Made by a program: the position numbers and the translations under genes. From the NCBI GenBank assembly GCA_965649765.1, contig OZ287756.1:21142001-21206000 (forward strand): a stretch of 64,000 nt of DNA. The letters run 5' to 3'. Under the pieces are notes generated by a model. That model saw only the letters and a program-made list of their open reading frames with translations. It was not told the origin of the DNA and ran no database searches. The DNA is from Bispira polyomma. Lineage: Eukaryota. Position 1 is the first letter of the stretch; each line of letters starts with the position of its first letter. Positions 54,501 to 64,000 of the stretch are shown in pieces.

Positions 54501-54606
54501 GCACGTGGCAATAATACTGGACAGATTCTTCTCTATTGTCTACCTTCTGTTAATTATCACCAGCCTTCTGTTTCTTTTTCCAAGACCTCCCGGGATTAAG
54601 CTATAG
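485..54606 (+). CDS. Cys-loop ligand-gated ion channel, nAChR-like non-alpha subunit; 5'-partial, 7 coding exons (A-G) in window
   Basis: Seven exons with AG/GT ends join in frame (110+79+89+290+87+119+486=1260 nt). Translation shows [21 protein letters not shown], Cys loop [19 protein letters not shown], four TM helices and [11 protein letters not shown] before M4. Confidence 0.95.
759..970. mobile_element. Tc1/mariner-type MITE
   Basis: TIRs CACGGGTGGTCACAATAGTGTCCG and its reverse-complement match CGGACACTATTGTGACCGCCTGTG, each flanked by TA. Confidence 0.85.
1020..13900. repeat. Three head-to-tail copies of a ~4.5 kb intronic unit (~1020-5542, ~5543-10249, ~10250-13900)
   Basis: Collinear anchors, e.g. 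GTTCTTACTCCTTAG at 1043/5565/10272 and ATCCTGTATATGTAATGTCACTTGCATTG near 1803/6139/10775; ORFs 3653 and 7882 are paralogous copies. Confidence 0.93.
1294..1626. mobile_element. Degenerate MITE-like element with imperfect inverted ends
   Basis: CCAAGTTTTC..TCGAC pairs with GTCGA..GAAAACTTGG; GTTACCATAAGCAAAACTC pairs with GACTTTTGCATATGGTAAC; absent from tandem units 2 and 3. Confidence 0.55.
13927..14124. mobile_element. Non-autonomous DNA transposon remnant with TACTGTA...TACAGTA ends
   Basis: Inverted termini with subterminal CATTTTCA/TGAAAATG. Confidence 0.5.
15702..15890 (+). mobile_element. Degenerate tRNA-derived SINE (family 1)
   Basis: Collinear with the 27175-27430 SINE: TCTCAC(A)CC, GTGGGAAAG, TTTCCACCATTAA, TGTTGAAAGCGAC tail. 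Confidence 0.6.
16125..16577. repeat. Inverted repeat, ~130 bp arms (16125-16253 and 16449-16577)
   Basis: GGGCAAGAAATC..AAGTCACAAGCA..ACAGATGTCAAGAA..GAAAGTTGTCTTT..CCAATTT occurs in both orientations. Confidence 0.85.
17330..18150 (-). mobile_element. Possible highly decayed 3' fragment of an L1/Tx1-like LINE
   Basis: Frameshifted minus-strand reading ends roughly YVEK..KINNKKQVF, resembling Tx1 ORF2 C-termini; weak. Confidence 0.25.
18905..22636. repeat. Direct duplication: 18905-19094 = 20537-20726 (near-identical) and 19142-~20033 ~ 21748-22636 (diverged)
   Basis: 190-bp block with 2 visible substitutions; second block collinear with many substitutions and indels. Confidence 0.9.
20879..21140 (+). 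mobile_element. tRNA-derived SINE (family 2)
   Basis: B-box-like GGGTTCAATCCC; collinear with the reverse complement of 31035-31306 (ACTTGCTTA.AACACAGATG, GTCATCCT.AAGC, GGG.CAGTCAA). Confidence 0.6.
23255..23365 (+). mobile_element. Isolated 3' tail of an L2-like LINE
   Basis: Reverse-complement match to 24181-24287 (GCTCACTTGGTAA..GACAATCCCTTTTTGGAATT..CATTAGAGGATTTTT). Confidence 0.8.
23990..24068 (+). CDS. Exon B (79 nt): [26 protein letters not shown], loop E region
   Basis: cacag| acceptor and |gtaagt donor; completes the phase-2 codon of exon A; matches the nAChR NxAD...V...G...W.P pattern. Confidence 0.92.
24085..25625. repeat. 31-bp minisatellite (CTACACTGATATACCATGTGTTGTTATATAT) at 24085-24160 and 25260-25625, split by the L2
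   Basis: Tandem units visible on both sides of the L2 insertion. Confidence 0.9.
24160..25258 (-). mobile_element. 5'-truncated L2/CR1-group LINE (RT C-terminal half, frameshifted)
   Basis: Minus-strand [26 protein letters not shown] and [17 protein letters not shown]; (ATT)n tail at ~24160-24190. Confidence 0.9.
26625..26935. mobile_element. Two degenerate family-1 SINEs head-to-head (- 26625-26717, + 26735-26935)
   Basis: CCACCGACCT..TTTCCCACAT on the minus copy; TCACTAGCCTCTCACCT..GGAAAGTTTG..TTTCCTCTACCAATAAA on the plus copy. Confidence 0.55.
27175..27430 (-). mobile_element. Full-length tRNA-derived SINE (family 1) with poly(A) tail and TSD
   Basis: Reverse complement: GGGCCACGGTGTCCTAGTGGTTAG (A box), GAGTTCGAATCCC (B box), A-tail; TSD GTATTATGATC(A/G)G at 27162-27174 and 27432-27444. 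Confidence 0.92.
27570..28465. repeat. Two diverged tandem copies (~27570-27925, ~27972-28465), each carrying a family-1 SINE head; the SINE at 28155-28378 (+) is nearly complete
   Basis: Shared CTTTGATAATAATA, ATGACACCTAACATACATTTATT, GCCTAGTGG and AACTAATTAATA..GACTATCTG.AATTACATAC. Confidence 0.8.
31035..31306 (-). mobile_element. tRNA-derived SINE (family 2)
   Basis: Reverse complement begins CTGCCACTGCAGCCAAGTTAGTAACACACTTGCTTAGAAACACAGATGACTTGGGTTCAATCCC. Confidence 0.6.
34795..35785 (+). mobile_element. Decayed L2/CR1-group LINE fragment
   Basis: [28 protein letters not shown] and [15 protein letters not shown]; (ATA)n tail. Confidence 0.88.
40293..40542. mobile_element. Old Harbinger-like MITE family; other pieces at ~15140-15250, ~30805-30905, ~38125-38255, ~41172-41308, ~60705-60832, ~62941-63117
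   Basis: Imperfect inverted ends CTGGACCCCTTATTATAAAAC..CTCAA and TTGAG..GTTTGGAGAATGAGGCCAG; shared internal ACTTGT.ACCATTCATT motif. Confidence 0.55.
45300..48560 (+). mobile_element. Degenerate L1/Tx1-clade LINE ORF2 (APE endonuclease, RT, C-terminal CCHC), many stops and frameshifts
   Basis: [103 protein letters not shown]; possible ORF1 debris ~44400-44830. Confidence 0.9.
48953..49041 (+). CDS. Exon C (89 nt): [29 protein letters not shown](T), Cys loop and loop B
   Basis: ttgtag| acceptor and |gtaagt donor; C-x13-C with FPFD, plus GSWT. Confidence 0.96.
50335..50610. repeat. ~25-bp minisatellite (GAGGATAACATCATAATGGTCATGT)
   Basis: About 10 degenerate tandem units ending ~115 bp before the exon D acceptor. 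Confidence 0.88.
50726..51015 (+). CDS. Exon D (290 nt): loop F, loop C, M1 and M1-M2 linker
   Basis: ttccag| acceptor and |gtaagt donor; lies in ORF 50706..51029; ends [30 protein letters not shown]. Confidence 0.96.
50990..51610 (+). repeat. ~110-125 bp degenerate tandem repeat whose first unit overlaps the 3' end of exon D
   Basis: Unit heads TGA(T/C)AGACCAGATAGAAC.GGA..AG(GT) at ~50990, 51102, 51228, 51344, 51454 and 51557. Confidence 0.8.
52404..52490 (+). CDS. Exon E (87 nt): M2 and M2-M3 loop, (A)[28 protein letters not shown]
   Basis: ttgcag| acceptor and |gtaagt donor; phase 1-1; E..P.T...VP motif. Confidence 0.95.
52509..53020. repeat. 30-31 bp minisatellite (AAACTGACTAGTATACCAACATAATGACACT) filling intron E-F
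   Basis: About 16 tandem units, decaying toward the 3' end. Confidence 0.9.
53089..53207 (+). CDS. Exon F (119 nt): M3 and MX, (G)[39 protein letters not shown]
   Basis: cccag| acceptor and |gtaagt donor; lies in ORF 53028..53231; P.W motif after M3. Confidence 0.95.
53910..54041 (-). mobile_element. tRNA-derived SINE 5' portion
   Basis: Reverse complement begins GGGGCCTCAGTGGTGCAGTGCTAACACACTCGACTACCACCTCT; shares GGGAAA..GGTAGTT and CTTGATCAACT with the 27175 SINE. Confidence 0.6.
54121..54606 (+). CDS. Exon G (terminal): intracellular loop, MA helix, M4, TAG stop
   Basis: tttcag| acceptor; ORF 54124..54606; [13 protein letters not shown] followed by hydrophobic M4. Confidence 0.95.
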   Translation, partial: LVVVGLGYILCFRKWRLHKKNSPKHPDQYIPVSTYQKKNSTLNNAYCSNFQYAKHSREEEKDVQHTANQGSQETTDETSMSQVFDKQWKRLDKLLMDLVKALDRLVHKDDDMDNNASERKQNVSEWRHVAIILDRFFSIVYLLLIITSLLFLFPRPPGIKL

Positions 54607-55275
54607 ACCAGTCATCATTTCTTTTGTTGACATGACATCTGATAATTGTGATAATTTGTAATAGTATTGATCAGTTTTATCCATGAATTGAAAAAAAATG
54701 ACAGACCAGTTATATGTTGGATGATCTATCATATTTTTTGTTTTCGATTATTGGACGATTTTGGTGGTAGAAAGAGTGATGTCACAACATCGTCCAAATT
54801 AACCTTTTCCAAATATAACGGTCATCATACTACTGACAAGTTTCATCCAAGAATTTAAAAAAAACCGATGGACCTGTTATTTGTCAAATGATCTATCATC
54901 TTGCAGAAAACAACAAATTTTTGTGTTCAATTATCATAGTATTGCAGAAGTTTTATGGTAGCAAGAGTGATGTGCTAAAATCATATTTGTTTATCATACT
55001 TTTGTTGCCTTATATGCTATTTGTGTCTTTGATTTTAGTTCAGTTTAAGATATACATATATCTATATATATCAGTGAATTATTGTGATATAATAAGGATA
55101 GTTTACTGATACCAATATTTTAAGAAGCTGCCTTTCTTTAACATATTTATCAGTTATCAGTTGCAATAAGTAACACTTGATTGCAAAAGTATTATATTGT
55201 AGTTTTTAGTGATATTATGTACAGTGTCCTATGCTGCATCAACTTTAAAAGTGATTATCAAACTTATTTTACTGA

Positions 55276-55500
55276 AATAAAACCCGTAATAAGGTATTAA
55301 AAATAATAACAAATTTGTTGCAAGATTGGGGTCACAAAAATACCCATAGATGCATTGCAAATTAAAACAGTTTTCTAATGAGTGGGTGCACTTAACTCTG
55401 TAGATAATGTCATAAGTTATATTTTTGTAACATTAGCAGGAAAAGTAGATCAGAGTATAGACTTACTGAGCATAGGCTTACTGTTATATTTGTTAATAAA
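55276..55500 (+). terminator. Candidate polyadenylation signals for the receptor mRNA
   Basis: AATAAA at 55276-55281 and 55495-55500 downstream of the stop; common by chance in AT-rich DNA. Confidence 0.3.
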
Positions 55501-56799
55501 TATTTTATCTATAAGTAATCACCTATTTGTATAACGCAAGATTGTAATGTAAGTGAATGTTACAATTTCTCAAGCATTGACTTTAACCATAGCATTTTAC
55601 TTAATGTTCTATCAGTTATATTAGTATATAAGTTGCAGAAACTGCCTGCAAAATTATTATCCAAAATAAACTTTAAAGTTCAATTTGCAGTTTATTTGAT
55701 AGTTCTCCTAAACACGAGTTATTTTCTCAAAACTTTAATATATAGTTAATTTTGCAGTTAATCTACTGTGGTCTATACAATGGATGAGTAACAGTAAAAA
55801 CAACATCAAAAGGAAAAGGTTAAAACAGTAACTACTACCACAACACAAAGACATAACACTCATGAGTCTAACTAGGATAAAGTAGTGGGCATGGACCAGA
55901 CAAAACTGGCTGGTGGCAACAGCCGATTTTATCAGGCGCAATTTAAAGTTGTTTTCATTCTGGAAAGAGCGGCACCATTAACAAGGGGAATACCATCTTA
56001 GAAATAATATGTAAGGCCTTCATGGATGAGATGGAAGCAATCGACCCGATCAGACTAAAGGAGGATTAGATCTATTGTTATTAGACAACTCTATCACTCT
56101 GAAAAGGGAGCGGCAATGTTTAAATTATATCTGCAGATTGCAAATCTGTAGATGATACTAGACTGAAGACTCTGTATTTTTATGTCATTTGTCACTAATG
56201 GAGTAAACTATATACATTCATCCAATTTAGAGCTCTAAAAAGGTTAATATTCAATCCATTTGTGTTATCATGTTGGAATGACCAACTTGTAATTTAAGGA
56301 TTCATAAAAGTTAAGTATGACATAAGTTTTGACATTTTATGTTCTAATTGCTCTAAGGATATGTCATACGTATGCTGCCTAGATTATATGCACTGTCATA
56401 TAGAAATACTTGTTTAAGTAATGATCAATATCACTTGGGCTTATTGTACACTTAATTTTACACTTATACCACTATACCGATATATCACTGGACCATCTTG
56501 ATCTCCCCCCTCATCCTAAATTTGAGAAAAAAGGATTGAATCCCACCAAACTCTTTCATATCATATAGCCGTACCTAACATTCTACATCTGCATAAAACA
56601 GCAATATAAATAAGTAAATTGGGGTGATTAAGGTAAAATTTTAATGTCTAAATATATTAATGTCGTGTATAAGAATCATCAATAAATCTGATTATGACCA
56701 ATTTGTGGCCATAGCAGAAGATAACATCACTTTCTGACAGCAAAAAAAATCCTCAAGTAACCTCAACAGAGAAAAGTGAGTTACAGTAAAATAAAACTA

Positions 56800-58110
56800 G
56801 ATGATAATTTATCATCTTCCTTCAACTTACCATCTGGAGTACCCCAGAGGTCTGTCCTTGGGCCTTTACTTTTTACCCTCCAACAGATCACCTTAACACT
56901 AACTTCTGTAAATGCCAAAAAATCTCGGTCTCACTGTCGCCTTTTTGTTTGACATATATATATTGCCAACATCCGTCGCTCCTGCTATCACCACATTCAT
57001 GACATTAAACACATCCGAAACCATCTGTTGCTATTATGGTAACAAATCCCTTGTAATGTAGCATTCACACTGTCCAAGTTCACACCAAATTCAGCCCCAG
57101 TGTAGTCGTTTACTCAAGACCATGAAAACTTGGCTGATCCGGAGAAAAAGTTGGGAAATGTTCATTTGCATATATTTTCATCGCCTGTTTATGCCCTGTT
57201 TATGGCCTATTTATCCCAGTTCATCCCTGGTAATGGCCAGGATATGCCCAGTTTTGACCAGATCTCACCTGTTTATGACAAAATTATGCCCAGACCTGAC
57301 CAGATCTAGCAGTTTATTACACGTTCAAACCCTGTTTACACCAATTCTGACCAGTTCAACCCACGTTTATGCCCCGTTTATGCCCGTTTCCTCCAGTTCT
57401 TTCAAGATGTGCATTCAGAGCCAACCACCAACGAAAGTTTTGAATATGTTCAAAAATTTCGACTGTAGCTCCCGTTCTTTCCGTTTGCCCTGGTTTGTCC
57501 CAGTTGTACCCCTGTTAAGGCCCAGTTGTCAGACGTTTGTCAAAGATCACACACATTCTTGGAATGGGGTCGAATGGAGACCGAGAACGTGGATAATGTG
57601 AATGCTGCATAAGTAGTCACCTTGAGTACTGCAAGTCACAGATTAAAAAGCTCCAGTACATTCAGAACTACTTATACAGGGTGAGTTTTCGCCTGGGCAG
57701 GAGCACTGATGTCACTCCATTTCTCAAAAGCTACAATGACTTCTGATTCAAATTCACGTTACCACATTTAAGGTTGTAGTTACTCAACAGCCCTCCTACC
57801 TCACTTCCCTTTCGTTCAGTGACCTAAACTGAGGCAATAGACTCTCTGTTTCTTCTATTAACCCCCATGAAGGTGGGATCCAGAGCTTTCTTCATTGCAG
57901 CTCCCTTGTTATGGAACTGTCTTCCAGTCGACCTCACACCATCAGACACACGGTTTCATGAAAAAGCTTAAAATGTTTTCAACCTGGCCTTCCCACCATA
58001 GTTTTTCCTATATACACCCCCACGTCCTTTCTTGCAACCTTGCTATGTCCATGGAGCACAAGATTGATTCTGCTATTGCACTTTAGAAGATGCCTAGCGT
58101 GATAATAATA
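56800..58110 (+). mobile_element. Paralogous decayed L2 fragment in duplication copy 2, interrupted by a MITE
   Basis: GGAGTACCCCAGAGGTCTGTCCTTGGGCC; collinear with 34795-35785. Confidence 0.8.
57057..57609. mobile_element. PIF/Harbinger-type MITE with TAA target-site duplication
   Basis: TIRs TGTAGCATTCACACTGTCCAAGTT and AACGTGGATAATGTGAATGCTGCA; TAA on both sides; empty site (..CATAAGTAGTCACC) at ~35248 in copy 1. Confidence 0.9.
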
Positions 58111-61100
58111 AGTGACTTTCTTGAACACTGCCCTTGTGTTAGCAAAAGTCTCTCAGTTGAGCTTTGAAACATTTTCTAGATTCAAGAAACTACTTGAAAT
58201 CTATCTCTTCTACTCACTTATACCCTTCAATTCCTTCCTTGTACACCCTCACATCCTTCCTTTTGACCTGGCTATGTTTTTATGACTTCCCCATTGGTTG
58301 AATGATTCTATGCAAAATACAATACATTACAATAATATAAACTGAGTATGAAAATAGGTTTTTCTTCTTTTAACTTGTTCTTTGCGAGGATTGTATGCAG
58401 TCGAGCCTTTTTCGCAATACATATCTGTGATACTAACGTTACCTTTGTTTTATTCTACCTTGAGATAAAAACCAATGAGATATATATCGTTCTGTGTCCT
58501 CACTGATCCAGTTTTATAGTAATAAGGGTCATTATTTAATAGGGCCTAGTCTTATCTTGTGATCCGGCTTTTGTGTTGTAGCATCCTGTAGTAATGTCCT
58601 CCACATGGCTTATATTTATCCCAATGACCTCTCACAAAACATGTAAATGGTATTTGACCATGTAGTCATTTGCAAATGAAGCTGTTACACTTTCATGTAT
58701 TATTATGACCTTTGCAGGCTAGGTTTTTTTCAAATTGTTGGATGCCATTTGCATGTGAAAACTAAACAAAAAACTATTTCAAAATTCCTTAGTTTTTTTA
58801 GAATATCCAAAAATACTTCACAAAAACTATTTCTGCCAAAACTATCGTAAAGACTGTTCATGATCAGATATAAATGTTTGATTTTCATCTGCTTGACTTG
58901 GTAATGAACCCTAAACTTTTCATTTAAAAAATGCCAGCTACTATTCCACATGAAAGACACAATGTGTAAGTGAACATTTTCAAGAGAAATTTATTTGAGC
59001 TATTTTTTAGCTAATATGTTGGGACAGTAAAAAAACTTGTTGAAGATTTAAACTTGTATTCACTATATTAATAAACACCATCCACTTTTGATTATGAAAG
59101 CTGAAACATATATCAGACACAACCTCATTATGGATGATGTAATGTATGCCTGAAGCCAACTTACATTACTATTCTCTGTCTGGAACTAAATTTTGGATTC
59201 TACTCTTTGTAGCACTTCTTAACATTCAAGGTTTCTTTTCGGGTAATCAAACAATAAATTTATTTCGGGATTAAATGTGTGGGGCTCAATTAAATAAAGC
59301 GTTGATCCAAAATGTCCCTTACTACTTTGTAGATGCATTTAAAGTATAAAACCCCAAAAAAGGTTTATGTCAAAAATCCAAAAGAAGCCTAAAAAAAGAA
59401 AACAATGATGATTTTTTGTTTGATTGAGTATCTTCCCCTTTATATCAGCAGTCTATAAAAATGAAAAAGTATTACATTTCCCCCCACAAAACACTGAGAT
59501 CATAGAAGTGGAATGTTCTAATGTCTCAGAACTAATAGGCCAAGCATCTGCTGTTCAAAAATGTGGTTTATGTGATGTTTTTTGTCACTGTAAATGCATT
59601 GCATGTAACAAACAAATTTATTGCTCTCAGGATCAGTGTGGAAGACAAGTTTATAGTCTGTGGAGATAACACTCATTTAGCTTATTTATCAATGCCAGTT
59701 GCAAAATCCATCAATCTATTATCTGTGGGAATATGGGCGTTGTATTAGAGGTTTTTATTTCATACATGTTAGTTAGGTATATACACATCATATGTTAAAA
59801 AGTTTAAAATTTAAAATACCCGTAATGAGAAACAACAATAGTAAAATTGTAATACACAGCAATAGCAATAAATTTCATGTATTTAAGAACATATGTCAAT
59901 CTCCAACAGTTTCATAAATTGGCCACTTCAATCCATCACAGTTGTTTTCTTTTGGCATTACATAATCTGGCAGCTATAAATATGATCATACAGACAAATC
60001 CTATATCCAGTGGACCACCACTGCACAGCCAACACCCCTACTGCCTCTCACTGACTAATACTTAAAACATCTGTAATTATAACCAGCTTTGTCTTGTAGG
60101 TTTTTTTGTTCTTTTTAGGCTTATTGCATGTAACAAACAACTTTGTCACTGTCTAATCAGTGAAGACAGACAGGTTTATGGTCTTTTAACCTTCACACAT
60201 GTACAGGAAATAACACCGGCTTCTAAATACACAGAAAAACACAGCCTTACAAACACAATACAGGTCAACAATAGGTAATGTGAGAATTTTTTCTTTTTAT
60301 ATTGACAAAAATTTATTCTTTAAATCAAAATAAGAACGTTATTATCCATCTCATAGTGTAAATACATGTGTGTTTATCAACGAAGGGCAATATAAACTAT
60401 ACAGTGAACTTTTTGTTACTTTCTGTTTATGATATGGTTTTGAGACTAAGGAAATACCAAACTTACTTGATTGCTTAAATGCTTCATAGAAGATGATGCA
60501 TAATGCGCCAAAAACCATACAACCTTTGGGTGAAATCAGACCACTATTTTGTACACCTGCACTCCCGGAGGAATATTTGTACCAAATAGGCACTTCCTTG
60601 GTCGCACAGAACTAGTGTGGACAAATTTGGTGATTGCTGCTACGCCCATCTGGACATACGTATATCTCACTGGAATCATTTTAGGTAAAATCTGACGTAT
60701 TAAAATCCAGCATTAAAAACTTTATTCAAATGGATGGTCACAAATATAGGTTATTTCCATCTAGAGGTACGTCCATATAGCTTTTAATTAATTTGAGTAT
60801 AAATTGGAGTTTCTTTTGAGAATATTGGTCTATGTCATTGACTTCCTATTTGGTTACAGGCTTTTACTATCGCCAGATGTGTGTACTATATTTTTGAGAG
60901 CAAAGCAGAGTAATGTCTGCCACTTGCATCAAAACCCTTGTTGGGCAAAACGTTTAAAGCTTCAATATTCAGTAAATATATAACACAAAATGTTTACATT
61001 TATATAATTAGGAATAAATACATAAGCAAATGTCATTCAGTGCTATTTCCAACAAGATAGTTTCTTTCCCTAATTTTTTAGTCAACTTGGGTTTTTAAAA

Positions 61101-64000
61101 TGTTATCTCAAATGTAATTGTATAAATAAATTGTTCAAACAATTATTCTAATGTTAAGATTGGTTTCAATTCTACAGGCACGCCAGGTAGTAAAAAAGCA
61201 GAACATTTTGTTTTGTTAATAGTATGACATTCAGTTTGCTTTGTTAATGTTTCTTTATGTTACCCCACTTAAATATTTTACATATCTAATGGACAATAAT
61301 GGCATATTTTATGTTATATTTTAGCCATACAACCCAACATAACTACAACCATTGCTGTCTAATGAAAAGTGGCACCATAATATCTTATAACATCTTAGTA
61401 ACCTTAGGGGATGGGGTTCTAATGGTAAATAATTTTTGGTAACAGATTTTTAACATGAAAAGGTCAGCTTTTATATACCAACCCCTCTTGTTTTTTTTTT
61501 CAAAAAGCAATTTGGATGAACTGGTAGTATAGCTCACTATTAGACAGTTCACCAAGTTTACAAGACTAGTTCAGCATTACAGGATAATCTAAAATGCTAA
61601 ATGTATTTCGTGCAATGTCATTTTCATTGATAACATTTCTGATTTTATTCTATTACAAAAACCAAGTTCTGTTTGAGGTTTTCTATGACCAAATTCGTGA
61701 CTTCCAAATGTTTTATTACAAGTGTAAAAGTCACTTCGATAAATAAACCAGCCTTTTAAAAAGGAGCTTACGTGTAAGCATTGGCACATTAAGTTTGTCA
61801 CTTTTTCCCCTGTCAAGTTTCATATAACTAAAACACAAATTAAACTACATAAAAGTAACTGAAAATAGTAAATTACCTAAAAGACTGCCTTGTTCGTGTC
61901 ACACAGTTTTTGTGTAATATTATAACAGGCAGTTCAGTGGTGAATAAATCAGAACTGGGTAGTTGGTTGAAGTTTTCTGATCCGAAAACCAATGGTCTTT
62001 AGCAAGCATTTGATCTGTTTTTCGCAATATGACGTACGCTGTGGAAATAGATGTACAAATCAACTAAATTTAAGAGAATGTATACAAAGTTAGACGGCTA
62101 CAAAAAGATGGCAGATATACTTATATATGTAGTTCACATATTATATTATTGAATATCAACTGTTTGAGGAGGTCATATAGGGATATAATAAGCCACTCAA
62201 AGCCAGATCAATAGGGTTTAATGACCATTAGCTTATATTCTGTTTAGCAAACTAATTATAATTTAATTTTTAATTTTTTATTTGTCATCATCTTTAACCG
62301 AAAACAGGTTCTTGCAAAGCACAATGGTAACAAATATTTTTGCAAGGACAGACTTTAGAATTTGCTTTGAAACCTTTCAAAAAGAAATGCAGAGCAGAAA
62401 GCAGGGAATGCCATTTTTATCTTAATTTATTTTTAATAAGGAATGTTGAACCGGAAATATGTTATTGTGTAGAATTAGAATCAGCAAAAAATGTTTAATA
62501 ACAACATGTGACAGAAACAGCTTTACCACTTGTAATATATCTTTAAAAGTAAGAAATATGGCCAGATTTGTTTAATATTTCAGTGATATGGCCACACCAG
62601 GCAGATAAGATGCAAGTAATAAAAAATCCTTATTAAAATCCCATCAAAATAATGTAATCCTGTAATTTGTTTTCAATTAAATCACCACTTAAAAATCATA
62701 GCTGCATTGATTTGGAACAAGTATAGATATATACTAGGCAAAAATCAACCAGATTATAGTCAACAGGACTGGATAAACCTACCAACATTATACCCTAAAA
62801 TTGTCTGCTCTCTGACGAGGTTTCTCTAAAAAGCTGTCCAGCCATAATTACAACAGCCTGACCTTATGGTGGAGACCACTAGATAGACTATAGAGAAATC
62901 TATATACTTGTACTGTAAACCACAGACCTATGCTATATACCTGGACCCCTTATTATAAGGAAGTAACCTAAACTTGTAACCACTCATTTCAATAAAGCCT
63001 TCAATGCTGGATTTAAATATGTAGTCAGATGTTACTTCACTTTACTCAGGGATATGGATATTTTAGATGTGAGCTTAAGGCTGAGTTCAATTGGAGAAGT
63101 TTGAATAATGTGGCCAGAGACCTACTTTTAGAAGGAACAAGGGAATTAGTGGGATTCAGTGGCCCGTCAAGGGGAAAAAACGTCTCCAAGGATTTCTGAG
63201 GCAAACAGTACAAACCTGTAGTGTGCATAAGATAGAATTATAAAAAATGCTGACATTTTATGTAGGGGAAATTTTGTCATGTAAGTATTTAAAGAAAACT
63301 AGAGCATGGAATGACTTAACGTTTAAAGATGACATGCTAAATTTACTTAAATTTACCTGAGAATGTGACAAATACATGTTGGGTCTATTTCAAAGAGGCA
63401 CCGTTTGTAAATTTGTGTTATTTCAGCAAGAATTGAGGGAGAAACAACCATTTTTTATCCATTTAAAACACAAACAGACACAATCTCAGACTGTGACATT
63501 ATTCACTTGTTCACTTGGTCGTAATACTGCTTGTTCTCATTTTATTGGGGAGACCTCTAAACACACACACATATTGGGATTGATTGGAAGTATCTATACG
63601 TTCTCAAAACACACACCACTACATACACACATACCATATTGTGATTGCTTTGAAGTATGCACACACATATACATATTCTCACACTGTGTACCATTGGGTT
63701 GGGTTTTATAATAAATAAACAACTCGTGGCACTTACAGTAGTGCCACTTGGTGTTTATCTCTATAGTATTGCATTAAACAATTAAGGAGGGGTTCAAGTA
63801 GAAAATGTTGTCCATACATAACCCATATATTAAACGATTATGTGTTACATTTGTTTGGCTATAAGTGTGGGATATATATACAATCATATATGTAGATAGT
63901 ATTATTATATAGCCTTTTCTCAGGCTCAACTAAATTAAATTGTATTACATATATTTACACTACATTTACATGATATTATTATGCCGCCTTGCCAACCACA

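Larger units (their letters stand above)
55839..63374 (+). repeat. Segmental duplication, copy 2 (downstream of the gene)
   Basis: Same orientation as copy 1 and shares its L2, SINE and MITE remnants; copy-specific inserts at 57057-57609 and ~62298-62760. Confidence 0.93.

Noticed and set aside
57122-57601. 159-aa ORF as a transposase or novel gene
   Set aside because: Lies wholly within a 553-bp MITE with internal repeats; no DDE or Myb/SANT motifs

Overview
AT-rich animal genomic DNA. The tRNA-derived SINEs, L2, L1/Tx1 and MITE content look molluscan, which is an inference. The only gene I can support is the 3' seven coding exons of a + strand Cys-loop / nicotinic-acetylcholine-receptor-like subunit: join(485..594, 23990..24068, 48953..49041, 50726..51015, 52404..52490, 53089..53207, 54121..54606). 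All introns are GT-AG and phase-consistent, giving 1260 nt (419 aa plus stop); the 5' exons lie upstream of the window. The subunit is atypical. Loop C has no vicinal cysteines or tyrosines, the filter reads R-P-D-R instead of S-G-E-K or P-A-R/K, and Ser replaces the 9' gate leucine. The first two introns (about 23 and 25 kb) hold a 3 x ~4.5 kb tandem array, smaller duplications, SINEs, L2 and L1/Tx1 remnants and MITEs. About 8 kb of the second long intron is duplicated just downstream of the gene. A ~110-125 bp satellite made from the filter-coding exon end and its splice donor follows exon D, and inverted L2 tails flank the 79-nt exon B. No CRISPR, rRNA or true tRNA genes were found. Most ORF-track entries are spurious. 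Identities quoted are by-eye estimates, not computed.
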